From the sequence record OR770614.1: DNA of 64,000 nt. One strand, written 5' to 3'. Numbering within the stretch: the stretch's first letter is position 1; each line of letters opens with the position of its first letter. Positions 51,211-61,305 of the stretch are shown piece after piece. A model generated the notes under the pieces. It made no database searches. It saw nothing but the letters and a program-made list of their open reading frames with translations, and had not been told where the DNA came from. Both the position numbers and the translations under genes were made by a program.

Positions 51211-53844
51211 TTAAGCTCCTTTACTTTTTATTTTATCAGATACTTTCTTAGCTGCAACATTCAATGGAGGTAAACCATGAAATTCTTGAGCAAATGCTAC
51301 ACTATCTTGACTGTTAAATTTACTAATAAATTCAGTATTAAAGTCGTAATTTAATTTGTCTTCTTCATACTTAGGAACTGTCATTGTAGATTTATCTTGT
51401 ATTTGAATTTTACCTATATGTCCTTCAGGTGTTATATTATATGCTCTAATAATAGATGGATATAGAGCAGTCAAGTCAAAGTCACAAACATTACTAAATA
51501 ATCTATTAGATCTAATATCTCTACCTTTAACTAAAATATCACCCATACGTTCTATTAATGTCATATTAGCTACAAATCCACCACGTATTTTATCTGCGTT
51601 TGGATCAGATAGTATTTTAGAGTGATTATTACTTAATACATATCCTTGATTTTCAAAGAAGACAGAACTACGATTTCTTAAACAAATAGTTTTCTTAAGT
51701 GCTTTACTTGGTCTCGTTCTAGTCATATCTACAATAGAGAATAATAAATCAAACATATTAGTGTTCTTTTCTATTAAAGCAGTTAATACTGTATCTTTAA
51801 TATTGTATAGAATAAATGTATAATAATCTCTAAAATGTAAATCAGAGATAGATCCTTCATATACATCCTTTTTAATACCAGTTTCTTTTTCACCAACATC
51901 ATTTAACTTAACTGATTCCATAACACCATTTGGTTTATTTACATTTGCATATAAAGCTAATTGGTCAATCCAGTTAGTGTATGAGTTAGTTTCGAATGTA
52001 GATGATCTATTAGCTGCATCTGTAGCATTTTTATCTAATCTATAATAAGCTTTTTTATCTTGTAAATCTTTAGAACAGAAATAATCAGCTGGATCTTCTC
52101 CATTAGCTCTGATTCTTTCAAATATAGCAGGAAAATCGTAATCAAGATTCCACTTTTATTTAAATAGACTGTATCTTATTTGTTATTTAAACAAATTTCC
52201 TTATTCAGTCGTTGAACGTATATTAATACGATGCTGATTAGTTTAAACACTTCCAGCAATTAAAGGAATTTTACACGACCTAGAATTTTGATTAAGCCGT
52301 ACATACATCAGGTTTACTAATTTCATTAATATAATATAAAAATGCTTTTATAATTTCCATTTCAGATTCTAATTCATATATTTCAAATTCTAATCCTAGA
52401 TTACCAATTTTACTATTTTCATTATTATAAATATTATTTAAATCTTCTAACAGTTTACTTTTATTTTCCATAGTTTCTTTATAAGTATCTGTATCATATT
52501 TTAAAGCAAATGTTAAACATTTACGTTTACTCCAGTCAACAGCAGTTATAATATTAACTTCAGCCTCTGCTTTTTCTGGTTCAGGGACATTTATATTAAC
52601 TTTATACAATTGTATAAAGATTAGACTATATCTTTTAAATTCAAATATATTTCCATTTAAAATTTTTGTAAGTTTTACTATTTCTATAACCATTTGCAAC
52701 TGCTTGTATTCCTTTTCTATCTATATTTAATTCTTCCGCTGCAAATTTAGCACTTTCATATTCTTTTATAATTTTATCTGTTTCTTTATCTATTTGTGCC
52801 ACTGGTTTTCTTCTCTTTTTTAATGATTCTTCCATTTTATCAGTTTTATGAAGATTATTTTCTATAGCATGTAAATTATTTTCTAATACTGACATCCATT
52901 CTAAATTAGATAAATTATTATTTAATTTATTACCGTCAATATGATTAACTACATTTTTATCAATATCTTTATTTTCGATAAAATTCTCTGCAACTAAACG
53001 GTGTATTCTTCTTGTATGCTTCTTATTATTTTTATATAATTGAACATCTTCATAACCATTTTTATTTATTCTTGTCTTTAATACTCTTTCTTTAATAAGC
53101 ATTCTTTTATCTTTACCTTTTAAAGAATCATTATATACATATCTTGAAACCGATTTAACTTTACCAGTATTGGATATTTTATAGTAATTTTCAAAATCTT
53201 TAATGTCTTTCCATATTTCTTTCATTATTTTCCTCCTTTTATAAAGGAAGTATATTTGAATTATATTATTATATTTAGTCGTTGAACACTAAATTAGTGA
53301 TGCTGATTATTTTTAAACTTTTCAGCAATTAATAATTTTTTAATTGAGCTACCTAAATTAACCCAACTGTTTGCGAAGAATCAACTTCTATATCAAAGAA
53401 AACTATATCAATTCCAACTTTACTATCTAAGTTTTGTTTGATATACTCATTAATATTATAATCTTCAATATTAATATCAGATCCATGAACATTATTCATT
53501 AAATGAAAATCTTTTAATTTTCTAAACTCTTCATAATTACCTGAAGATAATATTCTATCGTATTCTGATTTATCTTGAGCATTACCTGCTTCTCTAACTA
53601 TAGATTTAATAACATCTTTATGTTTACAGTGTACAGTTCTAACTTTTTCTTTAGCCATAGAACCTACAACTATATTAGGTGGTAACCAATGTTCATCTTT
53701 AGTTACATAATAATGCATCATAGGATCTACTATTTCCATATGTTTCTTAGTTCCATCTTCTTCTTTGACTACCATTACTACTTTTTCTTTTTTATTAGAT
53801 GTTTCTTTTTTATTCAAATATGTTGATTTTATAAAACGACCCAT
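51211..53844 (-). CDS. Family B DNA polymerase, N-terminal half (exonuclease plus motif A), spliced; exons 53844-53361, 52587-52295, 52152-51211, 572 aa
   Basis: Splicing restores FFDIEVDSSQTVG|FPEPE and CTA|WNLDYD; YNIKD ExoIII; DFDLTALYPSII motif A; no motif B/C. Confidence 0.9.
52153..52294 (-). mobile_element. Group I intron, 142 nt, no ORF
   Basis: P1 TACGGCT/GGTCGTG; P4 TGCTG/CAGCA; P7 GACTG/CAGTC (covariant with GACTA/TAGTC of the sister introns); terminal G at 52153. Confidence 0.9.
52588..53360 (-). mobile_element. Group I intron, 773 nt, with HNH endonuclease ORF in P8
   Basis: P1 TTGGGT/GCTCAA; P/Q/R before the ORF, S AAGATATAGTCT after it; ends AATATAAATG. Confidence 0.9.
52641..53225 (-). 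CDS. Intron-encoded NUMOD4-HNH-NUMOD1 homing endonuclease (I-HmuI-like)
   Basis: EIWKDIKDFENYYKISNTG, IHRLVAENF, VNHIDGNKLNN..NLEW, YESAKFAAEEL; SD AAGGAGG. Confidence 0.92.
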   Translation of the reverse strand: MKEIWKDIKDFENYYKISNTGKVKSVSRYVYNDSLKGKDKRMLIKERVLKTRINKNGYEDVQLYKNNKKHTRRIHRLVAENFIENKDIDKNVVNHIDGNKLNNNLSNLEWMSVLENNLHAIENNLHKTDKMEESLKKRRKPVAQIDKETDKIIKEYESAKFAAEELNIDRKGIQAVANGYRNSKTYKNFKWKYI

Positions 53845-53921
53845 AACTAAAAATTCCTCCTAATTCAAGTTATTTCATAATTGCTAGTTATTACAATTTT
53901 GTAAAAAATTAAAAATATAAT

Positions 53922-53950
53922 GCCAAACAACCTTATTAAAGTTGTTTGGC
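53922..53950 (-). terminator. Intrinsic terminator
   Basis: GCCAAACAAC/GTTGTTTGGC stem. Confidence 0.7.
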
Positions 53951-54009
53951 TTGTTTTATATTTATTTAGTCCAAATAAAAACTGTTTCTTTAGTAGTTTT
54001 TGATTCTTT

Positions 54010-54210
54010 TTAAATTTTCTCCTTTGATTTTAATTCTAAGTAATAATCATTTAACTTTTCACAAATATTTAAAGATAATCCACCTATTTCTCTTTTACCA
54101 TTCTTAAGTTTAGATATTTGTGATTGATCTACTTTTGTTTCTTTTGCAATTCTACTTCCATTTATATTACTTTTAAGTAATTTTTCTATATTATTTCTCA
54201 TCTCACTCAT
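54010..54210 (-). CDS. XRE-family HTH protein
   Basis: 66 aa; GSRIAKETKVDQSQISKLKNG. Confidence 0.8.
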   Translation of the reverse strand: MSEMRNNIEKLLKSNINGSRIAKETKVDQSQISKLKNGKREIGGLSLNICEKLNDYYLELKSKEKI

Positions 54211-54232
54211 ATATAAACTCCCATTCTATATT

Positions 54233-54394
54233 TTATAATAATTTATCTTCTTCATTATATACATATTTTTCTGTATCAACTGTGTCGATATCATCTTGCT
54301 GATATCTAGTTCTTAAATGTTCAAAGAATAAGTTAAGTGGTAAAGCAATTGCAATAGTCATTAAAGTAGATATTAGTAGTCTTTTTTTATTCAT
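54233..54394 (-). CDS. Small membrane protein, 53 aa (not in ORF track)
   Basis: MNKKRLLISTLMTIAIALPLNLFF...; SD AAAGGA upstream. Confidence 0.55.
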   Translation of the reverse strand: MNKKRLLISTLMTIAIALPLNLFFEHLRTRYQQDDIDTVDTEKYVYNEEDKLL

Positions 54395-54434
54395 TTTAAA
54401 ACATCCTTTTCAAATTTATTTAAATAAGTCTTGT

Positions 54435-57170
54435 TTAATTTAATTTAAATAACACATTCTTACCTTGCATTATTTCTTCATCATTAATATCAATCTTACT
54501 TTCATATCCTTTAAGTAAAATTAAATCAATATCAGAACTATAAAATTCATCATTATGACTAATTAAGAATACTTGTTCTAATCCCATTAATTCAATTTGT
54601 TTATCTATAACATCAACAAATCTTCTACGATTATTAGAGTCTAATGTTGCGTCCATCTCATCTAGGTAAAGAATATTATAATCTTGTGATACTTTATTTA
54701 ATAATGATAATGATAAACTAATATTAGTTAAAGCTGTTTCACCTTGAGAAGCTTCTTTAATGTCTTGTAATTCAGTTCCATTACCTTTATAAACATTAAT
54801 AAAGAAATCCTTGTCAGTTAAATCAAAATCAATCTTGAATGAATTATTATAAGCTACTGAAAGAAGTTCATTAGTACTTACTGCAATATCTTTAAGGTAA
54901 TTAGTAATGAATATTAATGGTATAGAATCTTTTTTAGGGTTTAATGAATCGACTACTAATGAATATTTCCATAAAACTTTCTCAATATCATCAATCTTAT
55001 TAATAATCGTATTTACTGTAAAGTATTTTTCTTTAGTAGATTCTAATTCATTTTTCTTCATAGTTAAATTATCTTTAATAGAATTAATCTTATTATCTGA
55101 TTGTTGATTAAGTTCATATAATCTACTTAATTTATTTAAATCTTTATCAACTTCATCAATCTTATATTGTTTATCTTTAATGTTAGATTTAATTTCATCA
55201 GACTTCTCTGTTAAATTAATAAATTCATTAATAATGTCTAAAGTATTTTGTCCTTTATCTTTCTTTGCATTAAGTTCATTAAGATTCTCTAAGATATTAT
55301 CTTTATTACTTTTAACTTCTTCAATCTGCTTTTCTAATTCAGCTTTATCTTCATTATATTGATTCATTAATTTTTGATTAGAATGATCTTCTTTAAACGC
55401 ATATCTTTTTCTTTCTAATTCTTTAGATAATTCATCTCTATTGCGTTCAGATGTTCTAATTTCATTAACATTATCTGATAATGATTTCAAGCTATTTTCT
55501 TCATTAGTAAATGAGCTATTATTAATAAATATTTCTTTAATATTATCCATAGTAATAATATCAAAACCTAAATATTCGTTTAATGAATCGACATCTTCTT
55601 TAATATAATTAAATTGATTTAATATATCGATATGATTAGAAAGAAGTTCATTATCATTTTCTAACTGATTATTTTCTTCATAAAGTTCATTAACTCTAGT
55701 TTCCAATTTATCAATTGAATCATATTCATTATCTTTAAAATCAACTACTAAAGGTACAAACACACATTCTTTATAATGTTCATGATCTTTTTGTTCTAAT
55801 ATTTTAAGTAAATCTGATTTACCTTTAATTTGATTAAGACTTGTATTAAGTTCATTAGCTTCATTTAGGTTCATAGAAATTTTTTCTTTATTAGATTTAA
55901 TTTCAGTTTCAAAATCTCCATGAATATCATTATATTTAAATTTATTATCATTAACTAGACTCTTGAATTTATTAACTTTATTTAATAGATTATCTATATA
56001 TAAATTAAGCGTATTAACTTCAATGTCGTCTTTAATTTTAATATTAAAGTTATTGAAATAAGATCCTCTAGCAGCATCTATATCATTATCCAAATCAGTT
56101 AGATCATCTTTATATGATTGAAGAATTTCATCAATTTCCTGTGAAGCGTCATAATCTTCATTGAACTTAATAGCATTCATTCTAGATTCAATTTTAGATT
56201 TTCTACTAATTAAATCATCTAATTTATCTTGATTAGATTCTTTATCTTTTTTAGTTGATGTTAAATTTGTATGAACTTCATTAAGTATAGAAGATACTTT
56301 TTCTTTCTTTTCATTAGCAGATTCTAATGTATAATTATTTAAATTTTCATTAGATTCTTTTAACTTTCTTTCTTTTTCTAATTCAATTTCAAGTTCATGA
56401 AGTTCATTACTTAAATTTTCTTTTAATTGAGTTGGATGAATTTCATTATACTTTTCTTCCATAATAGAATTTAATTTAGTTTCATTAGAAGTCTTTTCTT
56501 TATTAGCATTATCTAATTCATCCTGAATTTCATTAATTAGATTTTCTAGTACTTCTTTTTCTTTCTTAATTTCATCAAATTCTTTATATTTATCTAAATC
56601 AAATCTTAATGATTTAAGATCTTTATCAATAAGTCTTTTCTTTTCATTAGCTACTTTATAAGCTTCTAAATATTTATCAATATTAGGTACAAATTTATTA
56701 ATATATGTCTTACGATCACCAGTAGTATAATCAATAAAGTTAGAAACATTATCTCCTAATCTACCTACAGTGAAATATTCTTGAGATACGTCTAATTCTT
56801 TATCAACTATTTCATTAAATAACTTAATACCACCATTCTCATTTAGCTCTTCACCATTCTTTTTAATAAATGATTTATTTTGAGAACTGTTTTTTCCATA
56901 ATGATGTTTAATCTCATATATGTCACTATTTTTAATATAATCGATTTCTTTAATTCCTTTTTCATCTTCAATAATATGATTTTTTCTTACATCATTAGAA
57001 CCTCTGTATGGACTTAATTGAGATATAATCGCTGATTTTCCAGATCCATTATCTCCAAGAAGCATTATCATATTATTTTTACTTTTACTGAAGTCTATTT
57101 CAATTTCTTTTAATCCTGTTCCAGCATATATACCTATAAAATTCTTTAACTTTAATCTTTTAATTTTCAT
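54435..57170 (-). CDS. sbcC: SbcC/Rad50-like SMC ATPase
   Basis: GDNGSGKS Walker A, long coiled coil, ASQGE signature, LYLDEMD Walker B, LISH. Confidence 0.88.
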   Translation of the reverse strand: MKIKRLKLKNFIGIYAGTGLKEIEIDFSKSKNNMIMLLGDNGSGKSAIISQLSPYRGSNDVRKNHIIEDEKGIKEIDYIKNSDIYEIKHHYGKNSSQNKSFIKKNGEELNENGGIKLFNEIVDKELDVSQEYFTVGRLGDNVSNFIDYTTGDRKTYINKFVPNIDKYLEAYKVANEKKRLIDKDLKSLRFDLDKYKEFDEIKKEKEVLENLINEIQDELDNANKEKTSNETKLNSIMEEKYNEIHPTQLKENLSNELHELEIELEKERKLKESNENLNNYTLESANEKKEKVSSILNEVHTNLTSTKKDKESNQDKLDDLISRKSKIESRMNAIKFNEDYDASQEIDEILQSYKDDLTDLDNDIDAARGSYFNNFNIKIKDDIEVNTLNLYIDNLLNKVNKFKSLVNDNKFKYNDIHGDFETEIKSNKEKISMNLNEANELNTSLNQIKGKSDLLKILEQKDHEHYKECVFVPLVVDFKDNEYDSIDKLETRVNELYEENNQLENDNELLSNHIDILNQFNYIKEDVDSLNEYLGFDIITMDNIKEIFINNSSFTNEENSLKSLSDNVNEIRTSERNRDELSKELERKRYAFKEDHSNQKLMNQYNEDKAELEKQIEEVKSNKDNILENLNELNAKKDKGQNTLDIINEFINLTEKSDEIKSNIKDKQYKIDEVDKDLNKLSRLYELNQQSDNKINSIKDNLTMKKNELESTKEKYFTVNTIINKIDDIEKVLWKYSLVVDSLNPKKDSIPLIFITNYLKDIAVSTNELLSVAYNNSFKIDFDLTDKDFFINVYKGNGTELQDIKEASQGETALTNISLSLSLLNKVSQDYNILYLDEMDATLDSNNRRRFVDVIDKQIELMGLEQVFLISHNDEFYSSDIDLILLKGYESKIDINDEEIMQGKNVLFKLN

Positions 57171-57227
57171 TATCCAAAGTCATCTCCTAGCCGAATTATA
57201 ATTTTCCGTTACTATAGATTTTTAATT

Positions 57228-58088
57228 TTATTTAAAATTATCCCTTACTTTATATTTAGCTATAATCTTTTCATCATTAATTTTCTCAAATGTATCTGTT
57301 TCATCTATATAACTGAATAATTCTATATATTCATCTTTAATATCTTCTTCTTTTATTTTTAAATCTTCTTTGCTAAATTCTAAAAAATATTTTTCATTTA
57401 AATAAAAATTTATATTAAGATGGTTAGTTATTTTATTCAATAATATTAGTATTTCACTATTTATATTTAGAAGAACTTTATACATCATATGATGACCTAG
57501 ATTTTTTTTCTTTAAAGCATTATATAATTGAATTGGATCTTCTTCAGGTATAAATTTATTTATTTCAAATACCAATGTATTATTTTCTCCTTTAAACTCA
57601 AATACATTTCCACATATTTTATTAAATAATTTTTTGTCTAATTCAGTTCCAAGATTTGAAATATTCAATTCTAAACTAAGATCAATACCATTTTTAAGTA
57701 CATAAATATCATTATCGTCTTTATCTTTATATTTACCTTTTTCATGAAATTTAACATCTGAATTTAAATTTATACTAAAATTATTTAATATTTTTGAATT
57801 GTCTATACTATAAGATAAAAAAGGTAGAAATGACATCATATCTAGATTAACTCCTTTAATATGTCTTGGTTCCTCTTTAAAAATATTAAAAAGCATAAAA
57901 GGGGATTTATCAGGGTTTCTATTTTCTTTATTTGAGAATTGTAAATTTGATAATATATGACTTAAAGTATTAATTTCTGGAGTTATAAAATTCTTTATAC
58001 CTATATCCGATAAATCTTCAATTTCATTTTCAACTGTGTACATTTTGTCTTCTAATTTATATAGATAATAATCTTTATTTTTATCCAA
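57228..58088 (-). CDS. Hypothetical, paralog family B
   Basis: C-terminal FEKINDEKIIAKYKVRDNFK. Confidence 0.65.
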   Translation of the reverse strand: MDKNKDYYLYKLEDKMYTVENEIEDLSDIGIKNFITPEINTLSHILSNLQFSNKENRNPDKSPFMLFNIFKEEPRHIKGVNLDMMSFLPFLSYSIDNSKILNNFSINLNSDVKFHEKGKYKDKDDNDIYVLKNGIDLSLELNISNLGTELDKKLFNKICGNVFEFKGENNTLVFEINKFIPEEDPIQLYNALKKKNLGHHMMYKVLLNINSEILILLNKITNHLNINFYLNEKYFLEFSKEDLKIKEEDIKDEYIELFSYIDETDTFEKINDEKIIAKYKVRDNFK

Positions 58089-58102
58089 CGAAAAATCCTC
58101 CT

Positions 58103-58834
58103 TTATTTAAAATTTTCTCTTACTAAATACTTCTCAATAGTTTCTTTATCAGTTATTTCCTTAAATATTCTACCAGAATCAAAATTTTTAAGAAATTCAA
58201 TTTCTTTATTATCGAATTTACTATAGTCTTCTAAATTTTTAGTTCCAATTATAGATGCAAAAGAAACTTCTTTTATTAAGAATTCTAAATCAAAATGTTT
58301 AGACATTGCATGTAAAACATTGATAATTGCACCATTCATATCAGATAAAGTAAACACCATATCATTATTATTTTTAAGATTTTCATTTTCAAGATCTGAA
58401 ATGAAAATATCATAATCACTTATTACCGGTAAATACTCCATTTTTATTGAATTATTTTTGTCTAAGATATCTCCAGATACAGATCTAAAGAATGGATTAT
58501 AAACAGTAGGATAAACTCCAGTATTAAATACTAAAGTTAAGTAGCTGGTATCATTTTTATTTATTTCAAATCTTCCAGCAATATCGATATAATCAATTGA
58601 TTCTTCATTTTTACTTTTTATTGAATAATATAATCTAGGAAATATATTATGAAAATCTATAGTACAAGATTTTTTATCTTTTTCATAGCTGGACCATTCA
58701 TAGGAATCAGTTTTAACTTGTAAACTAGCAAGCAAATAATTGAAAAATATTTCATTATTTGTTTGCTCTGAATTTATATTATCTATTTCAATTAATCTTT
58801 CACTTAGTTTTGTTACAAAATATTTTTTACCCAT
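58103..58834 (-). CDS. Hypothetical, paralog family B
   Basis: C-terminal FKEITDKETIEKYLVRENFK. Confidence 0.65.
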   Translation of the reverse strand: MGKKYFVTKLSERLIEIDNINSEQTNNEIFFNYLLASLQVKTDSYEWSSYEKDKKSCTIDFHNIFPRLYYSIKSKNEESIDYIDIAGRFEINKNDTSYLTLVFNTGVYPTVYNPFFRSVSGDILDKNNSIKMEYLPVISDYDIFISDLENENLKNNNDMVFTLSDMNGAIINVLHAMSKHFDLEFLIKEVSFASIIGTKNLEDYSKFDNKEIEFLKNFDSGRIFKEITDKETIEKYLVRENFK

Positions 58835-58850
58835 ATTAAATTTCTCCTTT

Positions 58851-59633
58851 TTATTTAAAATTATTTTTCACTAAATATTTTTTAATAATCTTTTCATCTT
58901 TAATCTCTTCAAATACTCCAGATATTTTATACTCGTCAAATAAATTATAGTATTCATCATCTATATCAACATTATCTCTTTTATCATTCTCTGGTATGTG
59001 CGAGAAACAACCATCTGATACAAAAAATTCTATATCAAAATGATCTCTAATTTGTGATAAAATTTCCAATATAGAACTATTTACTTCAACTAATATTTGG
59101 TATAAATCTTTATTATTTCTAAAATTATTCTCTGTACCACTATTAAAATCTGATATTAAATCTTCCATGCTATTTATATGAAATCTAAAAGGCACTTTTA
59201 AAGAATTGGATTCATCTAATATATTGCCAATAACGCTATTAAAAATTATTGAATTTATACCTGAAGAGTATGGATTTTCAATTCTAACTTTTAAATAGTT
59301 CTTATTTTCTATTGATTCGTTGAAAATAATATCAAAATCAATAATAAGTATATTCGTTGTCTTTTTATTATTAACATTATATTTGATAACTGGAAAAATA
59401 TATCCAGCCGATATAATCCCTGACCATAAATTCTCTCCATTATCATCTTTATCAACAATCTCTTCAGAAGATATAGTTATTTCTTCATTACTTTTTACTT
59501 GTAAATTAGAAAGTAATTGAGGTAGATATAAATAATCTTCACTTATATTATATTTGTATAAATTAGTAACTTCAAATAAATCATCTGTCATTTTACTTAA
59601 AAAATATTTTTTATGACTTTTATTTATACTCAT
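58851..59633 (-). CDS. Hypothetical, paralog family B
   Basis: C-terminal FEEIKDEKIIKKYLVKNNFK. Confidence 0.65.
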   Translation of the reverse strand: MSINKSHKKYFLSKMTDDLFEVTNLYKYNISEDYLYLPQLLSNLQVKSNEEITISSEEIVDKDDNGENLWSGIISAGYIFPVIKYNVNNKKTTNILIIDFDIIFNESIENKNYLKVRIENPYSSGINSIIFNSVIGNILDESNSLKVPFRFHINSMEDLISDFNSGTENNFRNNKDLYQILVEVNSSILEILSQIRDHFDIEFFVSDGCFSHIPENDKRDNVDIDDEYYNLFDEYKISGVFEEIKDEKIIKKYLVKNNFK

Positions 59634-60442
59634 TATGAAAATCCTTTCTTGACTTTAAAATTTTTAATATCTTTTTCATCTGTTAATTCTTTAAATAAAT
59701 CATTTTCATCACTTTCTATTAGATGTAATAAATTAATTAAACTGCCACCCTTACTGGAGAAACTAATATAAAATTCTATATCATCTTTATACATATATTT
59801 AATCTCATAAAGAGACATTAATACACTAAGATTATTCTGATATAATATTATAAAGAATAAATCCTTAAAATCTTCTATAAATTTAATAATAGGATTTTTC
59901 TCAAATGCCGATATTGAAAAACTTAAATCCATAAATGATTCATTATTATATTTGATCTCGTATAAACTCTTTTCAAATAATTCAATATTTACAAGAGATC
60001 TCATTTTTTCATTTATTCCTTCATTAACTAAATTATTTTCATTTACTAAACCATTAGTAATTGTATTGAAATATTCTTTATATAATGAATTATCAAAATG
60101 AAAATCTAATTTAAATTCTCCAGTTTCAATTTTATCCATTCTACCAGTATTGAAATTAATATGAAAATTAGTATTAAATCTTTTAAAAGCATCATTTTTA
60201 TTATGTTTGTCTATAAAATAAATATCATTATCAATTTCTTTATAATGAAAATTCATATAATCTTCTTCTTTAGAAATATTATTTATGAAAGATTTAGCGT
60301 ATCCTTTACTACTTAAAATATTATTAATATCCATAGTGGTTAATACATATGCAATATATTCATATCGGTTAAGATAATTTCTATCAATTTCAATTAATTC
60401 ATCTCTTTCTTTATCTATAAAATATTTTGTATTATTTTTCAT
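59633..60442 (-). CDS. Hypothetical, paralog family B
   Basis: Start taken at ATG 60442; C-terminal FKELTDEKDIKNFKVKKGFS. Confidence 0.65.
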   Translation of the reverse strand: MKNNTKYFIDKERDELIEIDRNYLNRYEYIAYVLTTMDINNILSSKGYAKSFINNISKEEDYMNFHYKEIDNDIYFIDKHNKNDAFKRFNTNFHINFNTGRMDKIETGEFKLDFHFDNSLYKEYFNTITNGLVNENNLVNEGINEKMRSLVNIELFEKSLYEIKYNNESFMDLSFSISAFEKNPIIKFIEDFKDLFFIILYQNNLSVLMSLYEIKYMYKDDIEFYISFSSKGGSLINLLHLIESDENDLFKELTDEKDIKNFKVKKGFS

Positions 60443-60443
60443 A

Positions 60444-61223
60444 TTAGGAAAATCCTTTCTTGACTTTAAATTTTTTAATCTCTTTCTCATCAGTTATTTC
60501 TCTAAAATATGCATCAGCGTCAAAATCATTTAAACTGATATACTTATCATATTCTTTTTCAAAACTAAAACCTTTTTCTTTTACCTTTTCCTTAACGCTA
60601 AAATCCCAATCCGGTGCAATAAGAAATTCAATATCTGAATGGTCTTGTATCTGATCTAGTAATTCAAAGATTAATTTATTTGTATCATTAAATATTTTAT
60701 ATAAATCATCTTTGAGTTCTACAGCTCTTTTTCCTTTTTGTATATGACTTTTATAATATTTTAAAAATCGAGATATAATTTCTTCATTAAAGCTATGATG
60801 TAAATATAGTTCGCCATCATCATCAAATATACCAGATCTTTTACTAAATAATCTTTTACCTATCTTACTATTATTATATACAGGGAAAGCTCTAATCTTA
60901 ATATAGTTATCGTCTTCTTCTTTTAAACTAAAACGTATTGTAGCGTAAAAGAGAAGTTCCATTTTATTTTTTTTACCCTTATATTTATATTTTACGGTAG
61001 GGAAAGCATCAAAAAATAATCTAACACCAAATAAGCCATCATTATCATCATATTCTTCATGAGTTATGAAAAATCTTTCATTATACTTTAACTGCATTTC
61101 AGCGAATAATTTGCTTAAAACTTTCCATTTAAAGTCAAAATAGTTTGTTTCATTTTCATTGAAACTTAATTCCATAAATTCTTCTCTCAATTTACTAATA
61201 TAATATTTATTAATTTTCTCCAT
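60444..61223 (-). CDS. Hypothetical, paralog family B
   Basis: C-terminal FREITDEKEIKKFKVKKGFS. Confidence 0.65.
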   Translation of the reverse strand: MEKINKYYISKLREEFMELSFNENETNYFDFKWKVLSKLFAEMQLKYNERFFITHEEYDDNDGLFGVRLFFDAFPTVKYKYKGKKNKMELLFYATIRFSLKEEDDNYIKIRAFPVYNNSKIGKRLFSKRSGIFDDDGELYLHHSFNEEIISRFLKYYKSHIQKGKRAVELKDDLYKIFNDTNKLIFELLDQIQDHSDIEFLIAPDWDFSVKEKVKEKGFSFEKEYDKYISLNDFDADAYFREITDEKEIKKFKVKKGFS

Positions 61224-61248
61224 TTATTTAACTCCTTTTATTATAATA

Positions 61249-61280
61249 ATCCCAATACCTAAATTAATGGGTATTGGGAT
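61249..61280. terminator. Palindrome family member
   Basis: ATCCCAATACCT-AAATTAAT-GGGTATTGGGAT. Confidence 0.75.
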
Positions 61281-61305
61281 AACATTTTTATAATATATAT
61301 TTATT

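Noticed and set aside
52292-52699. Stand-alone 135-aa protein overlapping the HNH gene
   Set aside because: The N-terminal part is HNH/intron sequence; the rest is exon 2 of the DNA polymerase
201-61280. CRISPR array from the recurring CCCAATACCT palindrome
   Set aside because: Copies are dispersed singly at gene junctions, not tandem with unique spacers, and no cas genes are present
61281-61292. Late promoter AACA-N6-TA on the plus strand
   Set aside because: Points antisense into a gene with no downstream ORF; the motif is expected often by chance in AT-rich DNA
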